Assembly: GCA_040384565.1 (NCBI GenBank)
Contig: JAZKJC010000008.1
Location: 18,049-82,048, forward strand
Length of the DNA stretch: 64,000 nucleotides
Direction of reading: 5' to 3'
From: Patescibacteria group bacterium
Lineage (GTDB): Bacteria; Patescibacteriota; Saccharimonadia; Saccharimonadales; JAZKJC01
A program made the translations under genes and the position numbers. Positions 19,492 through 29,391 of this stretch are shown here, piece after piece. Under the pieces are notes generated by a model that did no database searches, was not told the DNA's origin, and was given only the letters and a program-made list of their open reading frames with translations. The first letter of the stretch is position 1, and every line of letters begins with the position of its first letter.

Positions 19492-21189
19492 CTACACGAT
19501 CACACCGTGACATTTCTTATACTTCTTACCACTGCCACATGGACAAGGCTCATTGCGGCCAATCTTCTCCCCAGTTTGCAATGAAAAAACCGTTAATTTA
19601 TCATTAGTGCGCTCCTGCGTGCTAAAATCTAGTCCAAGCGATAGTACGAAATCTTCATAAGCAAAAAGCTCGGGATATTTGTTCTCTTGTCTGAGTAAAT
19701 CTTCGGTAGACTTCTGACCGGCTTTCCGCCGTTCCTTTGCTTCACTCAGTCGTTTTGACTCAAGTAAACGATCAATTTGTTCCGCCTCTTTCTGCGTCTG
19801 TTTATAACCACGTTTATCGCCGAGGTTCTCGTAAGCAGCCAACAGGTAATCCTCGAGGCACTGCAGCGGCCATTCGTCTGGCTCAAGTTCGCCAGCAAGC
19901 ACCCTGACCCAGACTGTATGACTTACGCCTATTGTCTTGTGGTCTTCGCCAGTCTCTAGCAAACCACGGGCAATCCCCATGGCCATCATTTGACTGTGCT
20001 CTGGATAACGCTTGAGTAACTGCTCTAATTGATACTGCCAATTCTTACCTGTAGTAATTCGCCTAATCACATCAGCTACCGCAAAGTCCGGGAAAAAGCC
20101 GCTGGCCAGACCGGCTTCAGCAATAGCGAACATGTGTTCCACAACACCCGATTGCCGAAGCACCTCATACGCTAACAAATCATGAACAGTAGCCCGTAAA
20201 CTTGCAAAATCATGAGGATACTTTTGATATGTTTCGAAGACTGCTTTGTCGGTTTGCTCAAAAGCCCATGCCAAGCGTTCAATAGTGACAAAGTAGAGGT
20301 TGCTGTCGGGCTCAACATCCTCCAGGTCAAAAACGATTGACATAAAAGTCTCCATGAGCGGCCGAGTAATCAAGCGATCCCACAGCACCTCGCAGGCTGC
20401 ATAGAGGTAGTCATCATCGACTTCCCGAGCGTCAGACGCCCGCGCTTTAACTTTGTCAACGATCGTCTCAATAGCATCTCTAACCGGACGACCGATGGCT
20501 TTGAATTCTATCTCATCAAGCTCAATACCCATTTTGGCCAACTTTTTTAGAATCTGCTCGGTCGATGTGGTCTCTAGGTCTTTAGACAATACAAAATCAA
20601 AACGCGGGTTGTCTGCAAGCTTGCGCAGGCTATATTGCAAAAAGTCACCGCGTAGAGCCTGTTCTTGTAGCTTTTGCCCGAAACTATATTGCGGGTTCAA
20701 ATTCAGTGCAATGTTTAGCGCCGCTTCCCCTAACAGTAAACTGCCGTTAAGATACGCTGTTGAGGCGACATTAGCAAAGAGACGATACGGTTCGGCAATG
20801 ATGATACGTTCATCCAGAGCTGTTTGCAACGTCTTAAGCCAGAGCGTCTCGCTTTCCTCCGTGTTGCCACGGCGTAGTGCAGCATCGGCGGACAGCGACA
20901 TTTCAACGATGAACGTTGGATCTATGGTATGTAGCGTAACCCCGCTCAAAGTTGAACGATCTGCATTCAGTGGCTTTGCAGCCTGAAGGATATTGTCAAC
21001 CTCTGATGGTTCCATATTGAGACTGGCTGCCATGCTAATCAATACTGACAGCCAAAGTGGCGCCTTGTCGGCCCCAGCCGTATCCATTTTGCGCCATCGT
21101 TCCAAATCCTCAGCCGTCAATATGCTTTCAAGCTGTGTACCTCGAATTGCGTCGTTGATTGCTTTGGTATTCATTAACGAATCCTCCAT
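19492..21189 (-). CDS. SEC-C motif protein with helical/TPR-like body
   Basis: C-terminal [21 protein letters not shown]; start 21189 abuts upstream stop. Confidence 0.8.
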   Translation of the reverse strand: MEDSLMNTKAINDAIRGTQLESILTAEDLERWRKMDTAGADKAPLWLSVLISMAASLNMEPSEVDNILQAAKPLNADRSTLSGVTLHTIDPTFIVEMSLSADAALRRGNTEESETLWLKTLQTALDERIIIAEPYRLFANVASTAYLNGSLLLGEAALNIALNLNPQYSFGQKLQEQALRGDFLQYSLRKLADNPRFDFVLSKDLETTSTEQILKKLAKMGIELDEIEFKAIGRPVRDAIETIVDKVKARASDAREVDDDYLYAACEVLWDRLITRPLMETFMSIVFDLEDVEPDSNLYFVTIERLAWAFEQTDKAVFETYQKYPHDFASLRATVHDLLAYEVLRQSGVVEHMFAIAEAGLASGFFPDFAVADVIRRITTGKNWQYQLEQLLKRYPEHSQMMAMGIARGLLETGEDHKTIGVSHTVWVRVLAGELEPDEWPLQCLEDYLLAAYENLGDKRGYKQTQKEAEQIDRLLESKRLSEAKERRKAGQKSTEDLLRQENKYPELFAYEDFVLSLGLDFSTQERTNDKLTVFSLQTGEKIGRNEPCPCGSGKKYKKCHGVIV

Positions 21190-21190
21190 G

Positions 21191-21832
21191 TTATTCCAGA
21201 TATAGCTTAGAGAATTTTTTGCCATCAATAACTTGCAGCACCGATCCATCACCCAACGGGGTACCATCTGGCATTGTAGAGAACGTATCTATACACCACA
21301 CTCCATTTTTAACCTCATAACAAGTATCGGTAGGGGTGTGTCCAAATACTTGAGACGTATCCTTGTATATAATACTGCCCCCAGGTCTTGCCCAAATAGG
21401 GCTCATGTCATTCCATAGGCCATCCACATCTTTTAGGCCAGACCACTCATTTGTTATGCCAGCGTGAGAATAAGTAACGCCATCAATTTCGATAATAACA
21501 GGCAGGCCAGCAAGCCACGCTTTCACATTTTTATTTTCTAGGGCATCGATTAAAATTTGTGTCATAGGATTGTAGCCAGATTGCAATGAAGGCGTATTGT
21601 TGACATATATGTAGTCGTGATTACCTGTAACAAGCTCAACCTTGCCTTGGTTTTTAGTCTGCAGATCTTTTAGAGTATTCCAAGTGTTTAGGGTATCTTG
21701 CGGACTAGCGCTAAAGTCATCCGCATAATCACCACAGAAAATAACCTTATCATAAACGTTGTTGAGTTTAGCGACTTTCTCAATAATCCATATTTTTGTG
21801 TGAATGTCGCCCATGGCGAGTACTTTTGCCAT
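21191..21832 (-). CDS. Calcineurin-like metallophosphoesterase
   Basis: GDIH, GDYAD, GNHD, HAG, GHTP, CIDT. Confidence 0.92.
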   Translation of the reverse strand: MAKVLAMGDIHTKIWIIEKVAKLNNVYDKVIFCGDYADDFSASPQDTLNTWNTLKDLQTKNQGKVELVTGNHDYIYVNNTPSLQSGYNPMTQILIDALENKNVKAWLAGLPVIIEIDGVTYSHAGITNEWSGLKDVDGLWNDMSPIWARPGGSIIYKDTSQVFGHTPTDTCYEVKNGVWCIDTFSTMPDGTPLGDGSVLQVIDGKKFSKLYLE

Positions 21833-21853
21833 AATTTACGTGCAGGCGACTAG

Positions 21854-22201
21854 TTACGCCCGTCCGTGCAATTTTCGTATACGTGCCCGTACCGATTCTT
21901 GATACTGTGTAGGGTTTTGCATTTGGTGATAGGCACGAACAGCGATAACCTCAAAACTATCATCATCTACAAGGTAAACAACTGCGACTTTGTAATTTTT
22001 CATCTGCATCTTACGTACATCTGGGTCATCTTTGAACACGACGTTAGCTCGTGGCAAGTTTTCCAAGTTCGCTACGGTTTCCATAGCTTCATCGAAAAAA
22101 TTCGCTGCCGATTCAGCGTCCACTAGTTCTTCATAAAATGCCATGAGTTCAGCGATATCGTTCTCGGCATCTTCTGTAAGATTGACGCTATACTTTTGCA
22201 C
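21854..22201 (-). CDS. Type II toxin, RelE/ParE family
   Basis: YSVNLTEDAENDI, LENLP, YLVD...VIAVRAYHQ. Confidence 0.85.
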   Translation of the reverse strand: MQKYSVNLTEDAENDIAELMAFYEELVDAESAANFFDEAMETVANLENLPRANVVFKDDPDVRKMQMKNYKVAVVYLVDDDSFEVIAVRAYHQMQNPTQYQESVRARIRKLHGRA

Positions 22202-22355
22202 CAGCCAGCTCCTGATATTTTTTTAGAATATCTTTCTTGGCCTGGCTGAGCGGTATACGGTTTTTAGGATTTTTAGCATGTTTAATGCGTCGCTCCAGCT
22301 CAAGTAGAAACTCTGGGCTGCTTTCATCTACATTAATGACTTTGCTACTATTCAT
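22188..22355 (-). CDS. Putative antitoxin
   Basis: Small ORF overlapping toxin start; ELERRI...RIPLSQAKK. Confidence 0.7.
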   Translation of the reverse strand: MNSSKVINVDESSPEFLLELERRIKHAKNPKNRIPLSQAKKDILKKYQELAGAKV

Positions 22356-22452
22356 ACTTTTATTATACCTTATCACACGTAAAAATACGCGTAAAAACTT
22401 GATAAATAACGGATGTGAGCTATCATTAAGCGAGTCTAAAATCGGATGGTAA

Positions 22453-23967
22453 TTAAGTTTGGTTCGAACCCAGTCCGGGGAGCCAATTTCCAGATTTAGC
22501 CATGTCTGTTAGAGCATCAAACGGCTCTAACAGATTAAAAACTAGCTTTTCACCGTCTAGTTTGGCGTTAGGAAGTACTAAATTGAGTAGGTATCGTTTT
22601 TGTTCCAGTTTCGTACTTTCTGCTGCTAACAGTTCTGCGCCTCGGCTTGCGACATCTAAAATGTATGACGCACCGATAACAAAAGCCTTGTCGCCGTCTG
22701 CGTGGTCAGCAATTTGCTGTGCTATGTCTTTTTGCTTTGTTTCAAGGTCTTTAACCATAGATTCAAACAGTTGGTGCCTATGAGCAAACTGTTTTCTGTC
22801 ACTAAACAAGTCTTTAATATCTATGTCTATCTGGTCATGTTCTCTTTGCAGACGTTTTTTATTGGTTAAGTAATGTTTCTGCTCTGAATCGTGGTTACGC
22901 TCAATTTCAGCAACAATTTCGGGCATTACTTGCTCTGGTACTTGAAAGCCAGTAAAGACTTCCATGACTTGGGCTATTAGTTTGTCTTCGTTAACAATCT
23001 TTGCACCATGCTTACCGCCGTACTCTGTACAGCGCATTAAGTTGTACTTATCTTTTTTGCGGTCTGTCGTAATGGTATAGCCACAAGTGTTGCACTTTAA
23101 GTTCTTAAACAGAAACTGCCTACCATACTTGGTACGGTGCAAGGCTCGTTGCTCTTTGACTTCTTGGCACCTGTCCCAAATCCAGGGCTGCACAATAGCA
23201 CCGTAGTGGTGGACGTAGATGTTGCCGTCATAGCGCATTTTGCCGTAATAGAATGGGTTCTTAAGTATTTCTTCCCACTGACCACGAGTAATAGCCTTTT
23301 GGAGCTTGGTATTGCTTACCAGACCGTCATTCTTTAATTCTTTAGCAATCATAGCGAATGACATGCCAGTTGAGCGCAGCTCAAAGCCTTTGGCAATGTG
23401 ACGGCTGCGTACTGGGTCAGGTTTGATATGCCTAATATCATTACCGTTGGCGTCCTTGCCCTTAACATAGTTGATGTAGCCAATAGGGGCTTTGCCTGGC
23501 CATTCACCGTCTGCCAGCTTTTGGTCAAAACGGCGTTTAACGTTGTCCCGTATTGCGCTGGAATAGTAGCCAGCAAGTGCTACGCCAATATCTAGGCGAA
23601 ACAAATCGGCTGCTGGTGAGTTTTTATGAATGTACAGATTATCTGACGGGAAGTGCATTTCAATGCGTCCTTGCCGAAATAGTGCAGTCAAAACTTGCTT
23701 TTCTTCTGACGAGGAGTCACGGCTAAAGCGGTCAATTTTATCAAAAACTACGATTGACAGGTCTGTTGCTTCCATTAAAGGCTGCATAACGCTTTCTCTG
23801 AACTTTTTGCGTGTATCTTTGAACGCTGTTTCGTCAAACTCTACGTAAATGTAATCCTTATCTTCAATCCATTTTTGTTCTTTCGCGTAGTCTTTTAGTT
23901 TTTTTGTTTGGGCGGGAAGTGCTTCCCGTTGTACTGGGTCTGATACCCTTGCTATTAAATAATTCAT
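22453..23967 (-). CDS. Large serine recombinase (integrase)
   Basis: IARVSD catalytic Ser, DRFSR, APIGY, NPFYYG, CNTCG zinc ribbon, coiled coil; last residues WLPGLGSNQT are tRNA antisense. Confidence 0.95.
   Translation of the reverse strand: MNYLIARVSDPVQREALPAQTKKLKDYAKEQKWIEDKDYIYVEFDETAFKDTRKKFRESVMQPLMEATDLSIVVFDKIDRFSRDSSSEEKQVLTALFRQGRIEMHFPSDNLYIHKNSPAADLFRLDIGVALAGYYSSAIRDNVKRRFDQKLADGEWPGKAPIGYINYVKGKDANGNDIRHIKPDPVRSRHIAKGFELRSTGMSFAMIAKELKNDGLVSNTKLQKAITRGQWEEILKNPFYYGKMRYDGNIYVHHYGAIVQPWIWDRCQEVKEQRALHRTKYGRQFLFKNLKCNTCGYTITTDRKKDKYNLMRCTEYGGKHGAKIVNEDKLIAQVMEVFTGFQVPEQVMPEIVAEIERNHDSEQKHYLTNKKRLQREHDQIDIDIKDLFSDRKQFAHRHQLFESMVKDLETKQKDIAQQIADHADGDKAFVIGASYILDVASRGAELLAAESTKLEQKRYLLNLVLPNAKLDGEKLVFNLLEPFDALTDMAKSGNWLPGLGSNQT
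22461..22485 (+). other. tRNA 3'-end fragment forming left attachment site
   Basis: GGTTCGAACCCAGTCCGGGGAGCCA resembles tRNA-Asn 3' end GGTTCGAGTCCGACCCCGGGAGCCA. Confidence 0.8.
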
Positions 23968-24047
23968 TTATTGTATCCTTACTATTATTTTATGATTTAC
24001 CTCTGATAATTACTACCAGTAAGGGGGAGATAAACTCCCCCATGTGC

Positions 24048-24500
24048 CTACGCTTCCAACAGTCCAATGAGCTTCTGCTGTTCGTCTGCCGATATAAGTG
24101 GCTCATGTAAGCCCTTATACAGTTCTTCACCGCTACGTATCAAGCCGATATAGTACGGATTGGTAACGATTCGTTTTATGCTAGCCTTACTGCGAATATC
24201 TAATGATTCACCGCTTAAAAGGATAGATAACCGTAACCTAAACTCCTCGGTAGAAATCTTACCGTTGGCTGCTTCCTGCATTACTACACGCATAGCCATA
24301 CCTCTACGGGTTATGCGGAACAATCCGCTAGTTTCTGTAGTTGAGTAGCCAAAAGGTGGACGCCGTAGTGCATATCCAGCTTTGGCTAGATTCTGCATTG
24401 CTGTCTTTGTATTTTCACACGCTGTTAGGCGTTGATATTCAGCTATCACTGACATAAAATCTTTCATTATCTTTTCTGTTGCTTCTTCTTGCTTATTCAT
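24048..24500 (-). CDS. Stand-alone recombinase DNA-binding domain protein (no catalytic domain)
   Basis: PPFGY, IVTNPYYIG...GLHEPLIS; lacks the RVS motif. Confidence 0.75.
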   Translation of the reverse strand: MNKQEEATEKIMKDFMSVIAEYQRLTACENTKTAMQNLAKAGYALRRPPFGYSTTETSGLFRITRRGMAMRVVMQEAANGKISTEEFRLRLSILLSGESLDIRSKASIKRIVTNPYYIGLIRSGEELYKGLHEPLISADEQQKLIGLLEA

Positions 24501-24594
24501 TATTTGAACTCCATTTAATTTAAGTTATTGTTGCGCAAGGGCTATGCTGTGTTGCTGTTAGCCTAACCGCTTGCGTCTATGTAAGTGTGATATG

Positions 24595-24780
24595 TTATTT
24601 CTCTGGCTCTACCTCGCTTTGCGTCTTAGTGTTCCGCCAGTCCTGGTGCTGTTTATCCAGCACAATTAGGAACTCTATGTAGCGCACAAGGTTAAACTTA
24701 ATTTCCTTGTATTGCTGTTCGGTTAGCTGCTTGTCATAGAACTTTTCAAACAGCGCCTTAGCGTCGGGTTGCTTACTCAT
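24595..24780 (-). CDS. Small hypothetical protein
   Basis: 61 aa, overlaps AAA gene stop. Confidence 0.6.
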   Translation of the reverse strand: MSKQPDAKALFEKFYDKQLTEQQYKEIKFNLVRYIEFLIVLDKQHQDWRNTKTQSEVEPEK

Positions 24781-25765
24781 TTTCAGCCCCTGTTTCTAAG
24801 CTGTAGTGTATGTTTCTACCTACGCCTTGTGTTTCTTTTACCAAGCCTTCTTCAAGTAGTTCTTCTAGTAGCTCACGCAATTTATGTTCGTTGATTTTTA
24901 CGCCTTGCTGCTTTAAGCTCGCAAGCAACTCTTTTTGAATTGGTTGCTGGTTTTCGCTTAGCTGCGTAAGAATTGTGTCTTTTAGCATTTGACGCTTCTT
25001 ATCTGATATATTCACTTCGCCGTCGTATATGAGCTGAAACGAATCATCATCCGCGCTTATTTCTACTTCAAACTTACCTAGCTCTGGGGCATAGCGGTTT
25101 TTAGTCTGATGTACTACTAAGCTGTCTTTGCGCCGACTTATAGCTACATGGCTGTCTATTGACGCTGGAATGTCTGACGAGCCACGCATTGCGTTAAGCC
25201 CACTATCGGCATTTACGCCAGGCTTACGATTGTGGTGTGTCAGTATCAGCGTAATGTCCTGCGCAGTAAACTTCCTAAGTTGCTTAAACACTGCTGCCAT
25301 TTCGCCAGAACTGTTTTCGTCACTGGCATGTATGCGCACCAGGGAATCTATGATGATTACCTTGATGTCCCGTATTGCACACTCAATGAGTGTTTCGGCG
25401 ACTGTTTCGTTGCTTAAAACGAAACCAGGCTGTGGACTAAAGTAAATTGGTAAATCCGCTAGTGCGCCGAGCATAAACAGACGTTCTTGGACGAGCCGTT
25501 GGCTGTTTTCTTCGTCTATTATCAGCACTCCACTTTGCTTTGTTGCAAACTCACCGAATAGTGGTTCGCCCCTAGCTACGCTTATTGCTGTGTGTAGCGT
25601 TATCCATGTTTTGCATGACGCTGGTGCGCCCGAAAATATCGTTATAGCTGCGTCTGGCACAAGCTTGTCCACGAGCCATTTCTGGGGCGGAAAGTTTTTG
25701 TGCATTAGTTCTTGTATTGTTAGTAATTGGTCCATATTGGAAACCTTTCGTAAGAAGCTATCCAA
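24773..25765 (-). CDS. AAA_25 / RepA-like helicase-ATPase with C-terminal wHTH
   Basis: GAPASCKT, IDEEN, IIIDSL, HHNRK, MRGSS. Confidence 0.88.
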   Translation of the reverse strand: MDSFLRKVSNMDQLLTIQELMHKNFPPQKWLVDKLVPDAAITIFSGAPASCKTWITLHTAISVARGEPLFGEFATKQSGVLIIDEENSQRLVQERLFMLGALADLPIYFSPQPGFVLSNETVAETLIECAIRDIKVIIIDSLVRIHASDENSSGEMAAVFKQLRKFTAQDITLILTHHNRKPGVNADSGLNAMRGSSDIPASIDSHVAISRRKDSLVVHQTKNRYAPELGKFEVEISADDDSFQLIYDGEVNISDKKRQMLKDTILTQLSENQQPIQKELLASLKQQGVKINEHKLRELLEELLEEGLVKETQGVGRNIHYSLETGAENE

Positions 25766-25911
25766 CGGAACAGGTTGTTATTGGTGTTGGACGGCTTCTT
25801 TTCCCGTTCCACAATCATCATCTCAACTAATAAAGGAGCTGTGATTCAGCCCCTAAACAACACGGTTTAGTTACGGTTTTCTAATCTGCTATAAACGTAT
25901 GTTTAACGATT

Positions 25912-26802
25912 TTATTCGGTGTTTTTTCGGTAGCTTTTTATAAGCTCAACGTAGACTTTTTGCTGCTGTGGCGCAAGTTCTTTTACTGGCGTAAAGCGCA
26001 CGGTCTTCTTGCTCGTACCTGCAAAGAATATGTCTTTAAGCTCTTTATTAAATCCTTGTAATCTAATTACTTCGGACAGGTCTTTATAACTTTGGCAGCC
26101 GTCAATAAGTTGAATGTCGCCAATGCCAATGTTCTGGTTAGTATGAGTTTGTACGTAGTGCATTAAATTATAAGGACCAGAATCTACACGCAAGTTTTTA
26201 ATAGGAAATAATTCTTTGCCTTTAATACCAATGAGTATTCGCGTGCCGTCTATCTTTACTTCGGCATACATTATTTGCGCAAGCGGGGCGGTATCAGTAC
26301 GGCGCACTGTCGCTCCAAATGCTTGGCAAGTTTCGTCTGTCGGTTTTATTGCTTCAATGATAATAAGACCTTTAATTGCTACAGCCAACAGTGTTTCTAC
26401 AAACTTTTTACTATTACTGGACTGATTACCCTTAATGTCCCTAGCCGTATTTGAAGTACCTAGCTTATTAAGCAATCGTGTTTCGTGCTGCGCATACAAT
26501 GTAATGGAATTGCCAGTGGGTGCAAATATACGGTCAGACTGGAAATACTCAATATAGCTATTAACCATATCCTTAAACCACCTGGTATCGGCAGTCTGTA
26601 CGGCACTGTCTATGCTTTCAATCCTGGCTTCATTTACCAGCTTCTCTAGCACTGCTGCACAGTAGTCTTTATTGTTCGGGTAACCAATAAAGTCGGTCAG
26701 TAAGCCTTGCAGCTTTTCTTGGTCAGCTTGAACATAGCCACTAAGCAAGGCGTAGATATACAGCAAACGGCTGTCCCAAAACTGCGTTATAGGCATTTTC
26801 AT
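25912..26802 (-). CDS. Hypothetical protein
   Basis: 296-aa ORF. Confidence 0.65.
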   Translation of the reverse strand: MKMPITQFWDSRLLYIYALLSGYVQADQEKLQGLLTDFIGYPNNKDYCAAVLEKLVNEARIESIDSAVQTADTRWFKDMVNSYIEYFQSDRIFAPTGNSITLYAQHETRLLNKLGTSNTARDIKGNQSSNSKKFVETLLAVAIKGLIIIEAIKPTDETCQAFGATVRRTDTAPLAQIMYAEVKIDGTRILIGIKGKELFPIKNLRVDSGPYNLMHYVQTHTNQNIGIGDIQLIDGCQSYKDLSEVIRLQGFNKELKDIFFAGTSKKTVRFTPVKELAPQQQKVYVELIKSYRKNTE

Positions 26803-27249
26803 GTCTGCAATTATTGTAAATCATGGGCTAGATTGTGCCGAATCGGTAAGTTTTATGCTTAACCAGTAAAAATGCCATTCTTCACTGATATTGCTCTGTT
26901 CTTGGCAATTTTAGTTATAAATATAAACACGTCTATTTCGGGGATTTGTCTGCTTTAGTGCCAGCAGCAGCATGTAGGTTTCTAATCATTGCGTAAACAG
27001 CGTGTTCTTTTGGGGGCTTTATGTGCGACATGTCTGGTATTCGCCGTTTCATTATCATTTGCAGTTTTAGTTTGCTTTGCTCGTCCATATACTAATTATA
27101 GGACAGTTCAACATAGCCTGTAGAGGACATTTACAGCCGATTTAAGCTGATTTATTGCCTTTAACGACTAACTCTACCAAAAGCCCCGCAAACTCCGCAA
27201 TTATAAGAGTAATTGTTGTATAGTTATATCAGACTGCAAAGGAGTTAAC

Positions 27250-28230
27250 ATGAAAGTAAAAGTATCCGAATTAAAAAACAATGTCTTAGCTGGTGTTTCT
27301 AAACTAGGCTACGAAGACCAAGACGCACAAACTATTGCAGATGTACTCCTTTACGCCCAGCTTCGTGGCAATAATCAAGGTATAACTAAGATTGCTACTG
27401 GTGGTGTGCCTAAGGCTAGCGATGTAAAGCCACTGGAAGTTGTAAAAGAAAACAAGTGTGGTGCTTTGCTATCGGGTGGACATTCAATGGTGGCTACTGC
27501 AAAAGCCGCACAAATGGCAGCAGATTTAGCAGCGCAGCACGGCGTTGGAGTGGTAGCTTCTAACCATACCTTTACTTCATCTGGCGCAATAGGCTATTTT
27601 TCACGACAGATTGCTCAACAAGGTTGTATTGGCTTTGTCTGTGTAGGAAATGGCTCATTTGCTTTTGTTGCCCCAAGTGGTTCAGCAGAGGCTAAACTCG
27701 GTACGAATCCATTCTCTTATGCGTTTCCGTACAATGGTGGCGAAGTGGTCTTTGATAATGCAACTGCTGCTATGGCATTTTTTGGAATAGTTGAAGCCAA
27801 GCTAAAAGGCGAAGCCCTGCCAGAAGGTATTGGGTTTGATAAAAATGGCAGTCCTAGCACAGACGCAGCCGAAGTATTGGACGGCTCAATTTCAACCTTT
27901 GCAGAGCATAAGGGCTTCGGACTTTCTCTATTTGTGCAGTTGCTCGGCAGTGCCTTTGCGCTAGCTGGTATGCCAGGTGCGCATGAAGATGACGGCGCAG
28001 GTACATTCGTAATGGCGATTGACCCTGGATTGCTGGCTGGTAAAGATGAGTATATGAAACGAGCTACAGAACTTGTTAACAGCGTTAAGGCTGCTAAACC
28101 ATTACCAAATAAAAGCGTTTTATTACCTGGTGAACATGGTGACACACTTGCAAAACAAGCAGAAGAAAGTGGCGAAATTGAAATTGCTGACGCTATTTGG
28201 AGCGAACTTACAGCATTTGTGAGTAATTAG
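27250..28230 (+). CDS. Ldh_2 family NAD(P)H oxidoreductase (DpkA/AllD/ComC-like)
   Basis: AQLRG..QG, LGTNPFSYAFP, HKGFGLSL, AIDP, LLPGE; RBS AAGGAG. Confidence 0.9.
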   Translation: MKVKVSELKNNVLAGVSKLGYEDQDAQTIADVLLYAQLRGNNQGITKIATGGVPKASDVKPLEVVKENKCGALLSGGHSMVATAKAAQMAADLAAQHGVGVVASNHTFTSSGAIGYFSRQIAQQGCIGFVCVGNGSFAFVAPSGSAEAKLGTNPFSYAFPYNGGEVVFDNATAAMAFFGIVEAKLKGEALPEGIGFDKNGSPSTDAAEVLDGSISTFAEHKGFGLSLFVQLLGSAFALAGMPGAHEDDGAGTFVMAIDPGLLAGKDEYMKRATELVNSVKAAKPLPNKSVLLPGEHGDTLAKQAEESGEIEIADAIWSELTAFVSN

Positions 28231-28237
28231 GTAGCGT

Positions 28238-29206
28238 ATGAACGATAAACGTATTCTTATACTTGGTGCTGGTGTATCTGGGCTATCTACGGGTATTTTA
28301 CTGCTCAAAGACGGTTACGGCGTTGATATTTGGGCTAAGGATTTACCGCCCAATACTACGTCAAACATAGCTGCTGCTGTTTGGTATCCATACCTTTGCA
28401 ATCCCAAAGATAAGGCAGCCAAGTGGAGCGGTTTTACACTCAAGTATCTACAGCAAAATACGCTTAACGACCCTGATAGCGGTTGCATAGAAAGAACCAT
28501 TACCGAGGTGTTTGACAAAAAGGTAGATGAACCCTGGTGGCAGGAAGCTGTTACTGAATACAGACGACCTGCTCAAGGTGAACTTCCAGCAGGATATGTG
28601 GACGGATACCAAACCAAAGCAATTTTAATGGACACTACCTTTTATATGGACTGGTTACTCAAGCAGTACAAAGAATTAGGTGGCGCCCTTGAGCAGAAGA
28701 CCATAGAGGATATACAAGAAACATTTAATCAGTACGATATTGTCGTTAACTGCACAGGTTTAGGCTCAAAAGAGTTATTTAATGACGATAGAGTATTTCC
28801 CGTTAGAGGACAGGTTGTTTACGTTAAGCCGAATGGCTTTGAGGAAGTAGTGGCAGATGATGACGGACCTAATAATCTTGCCGTTATTATTCCTCGTATT
28901 AACGACATTGTATTAGGTGGAACTGCACAACCGAATAATTGGAGCTTGGAAGTAGACCCTAAAGATACAGAAGACATTTTAAGGAAAGCAAAATTGTTAT
29001 CACCCGCATTTAATGACGTAGAGGTTATCGGACAAAAAGTGGGTTTGCGTCCAGCAAGAGACGAAGTTCGTCTAGAAATAGAAAGGTTTGGTAATAAAGC
29101 TGTCATACATAACTATGGACACGGCGGTGCTGGCTATACACTGTCCTGGGGTTGCGCAAATGATGTTAAAGAGTTGGTAAAGGGACTCGGCTCCCTACAA
29201 GCGTAA
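28238..29206 (+). CDS. D-amino-acid oxidase (FAD)
   Basis: GAGVSGL, TTSNIAAA, VNCTGLG, PVRGQ, GLRPAR, HNYGHGGAGYTLSWG. Confidence 0.92.
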   Translation: MNDKRILILGAGVSGLSTGILLLKDGYGVDIWAKDLPPNTTSNIAAAVWYPYLCNPKDKAAKWSGFTLKYLQQNTLNDPDSGCIERTITEVFDKKVDEPWWQEAVTEYRRPAQGELPAGYVDGYQTKAILMDTTFYMDWLLKQYKELGGALEQKTIEDIQETFNQYDIVVNCTGLGSKELFNDDRVFPVRGQVVYVKPNGFEEVVADDDGPNNLAVIIPRINDIVLGGTAQPNNWSLEVDPKDTEDILRKAKLLSPAFNDVEVIGQKVGLRPARDEVRLEIERFGNKAVIHNYGHGGAGYTLSWGCANDVKELVKGLGSLQA

Positions 29207-29248
29207 ACTGTTTTGCATTTTACAAAATATGTGCTATATTATAAAACT

Positions 29249-29326
29249 ATGAAAGCAATTTCAATATCAGCCGTATCATTTTTTACAGTCTCTACTCACG
29301 GAGGCATTGCTAACTTTACCCAATAA
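29249..29326 (+). CDS. Putative attenuator leader peptide MKAISISAVSFFTVSTHGGIANFTQ
   Basis: 25-codon ORF after TTGCAT...TATATT promoter; tandem Phe codons; precedes terminator. Confidence 0.6.
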   Translation: MKAISISAVSFFTVSTHGGIANFTQ

Positions 29327-29348
29327 ATAAAGCAAATCAACAAAACTT

Positions 29349-29373
29349 AAGCCTCCAACCAGGAGGCTTTTTT
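29349..29373 (+). terminator. Intrinsic terminator / attenuator hairpin
   Basis: AAGCCTCC-AACCA-GGAGGCTT-TTTT. Confidence 0.85.
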
Positions 29374-29391
29374 AATTCATAAGGAAAGATT

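Noticed and set aside
22363-22422. Possible degenerate att tail (*LTSVIYQVFT, core GTGAGCTA)
   Set aside because: Core mismatch and poor fit to the tail pattern; cannot be distinguished from chance
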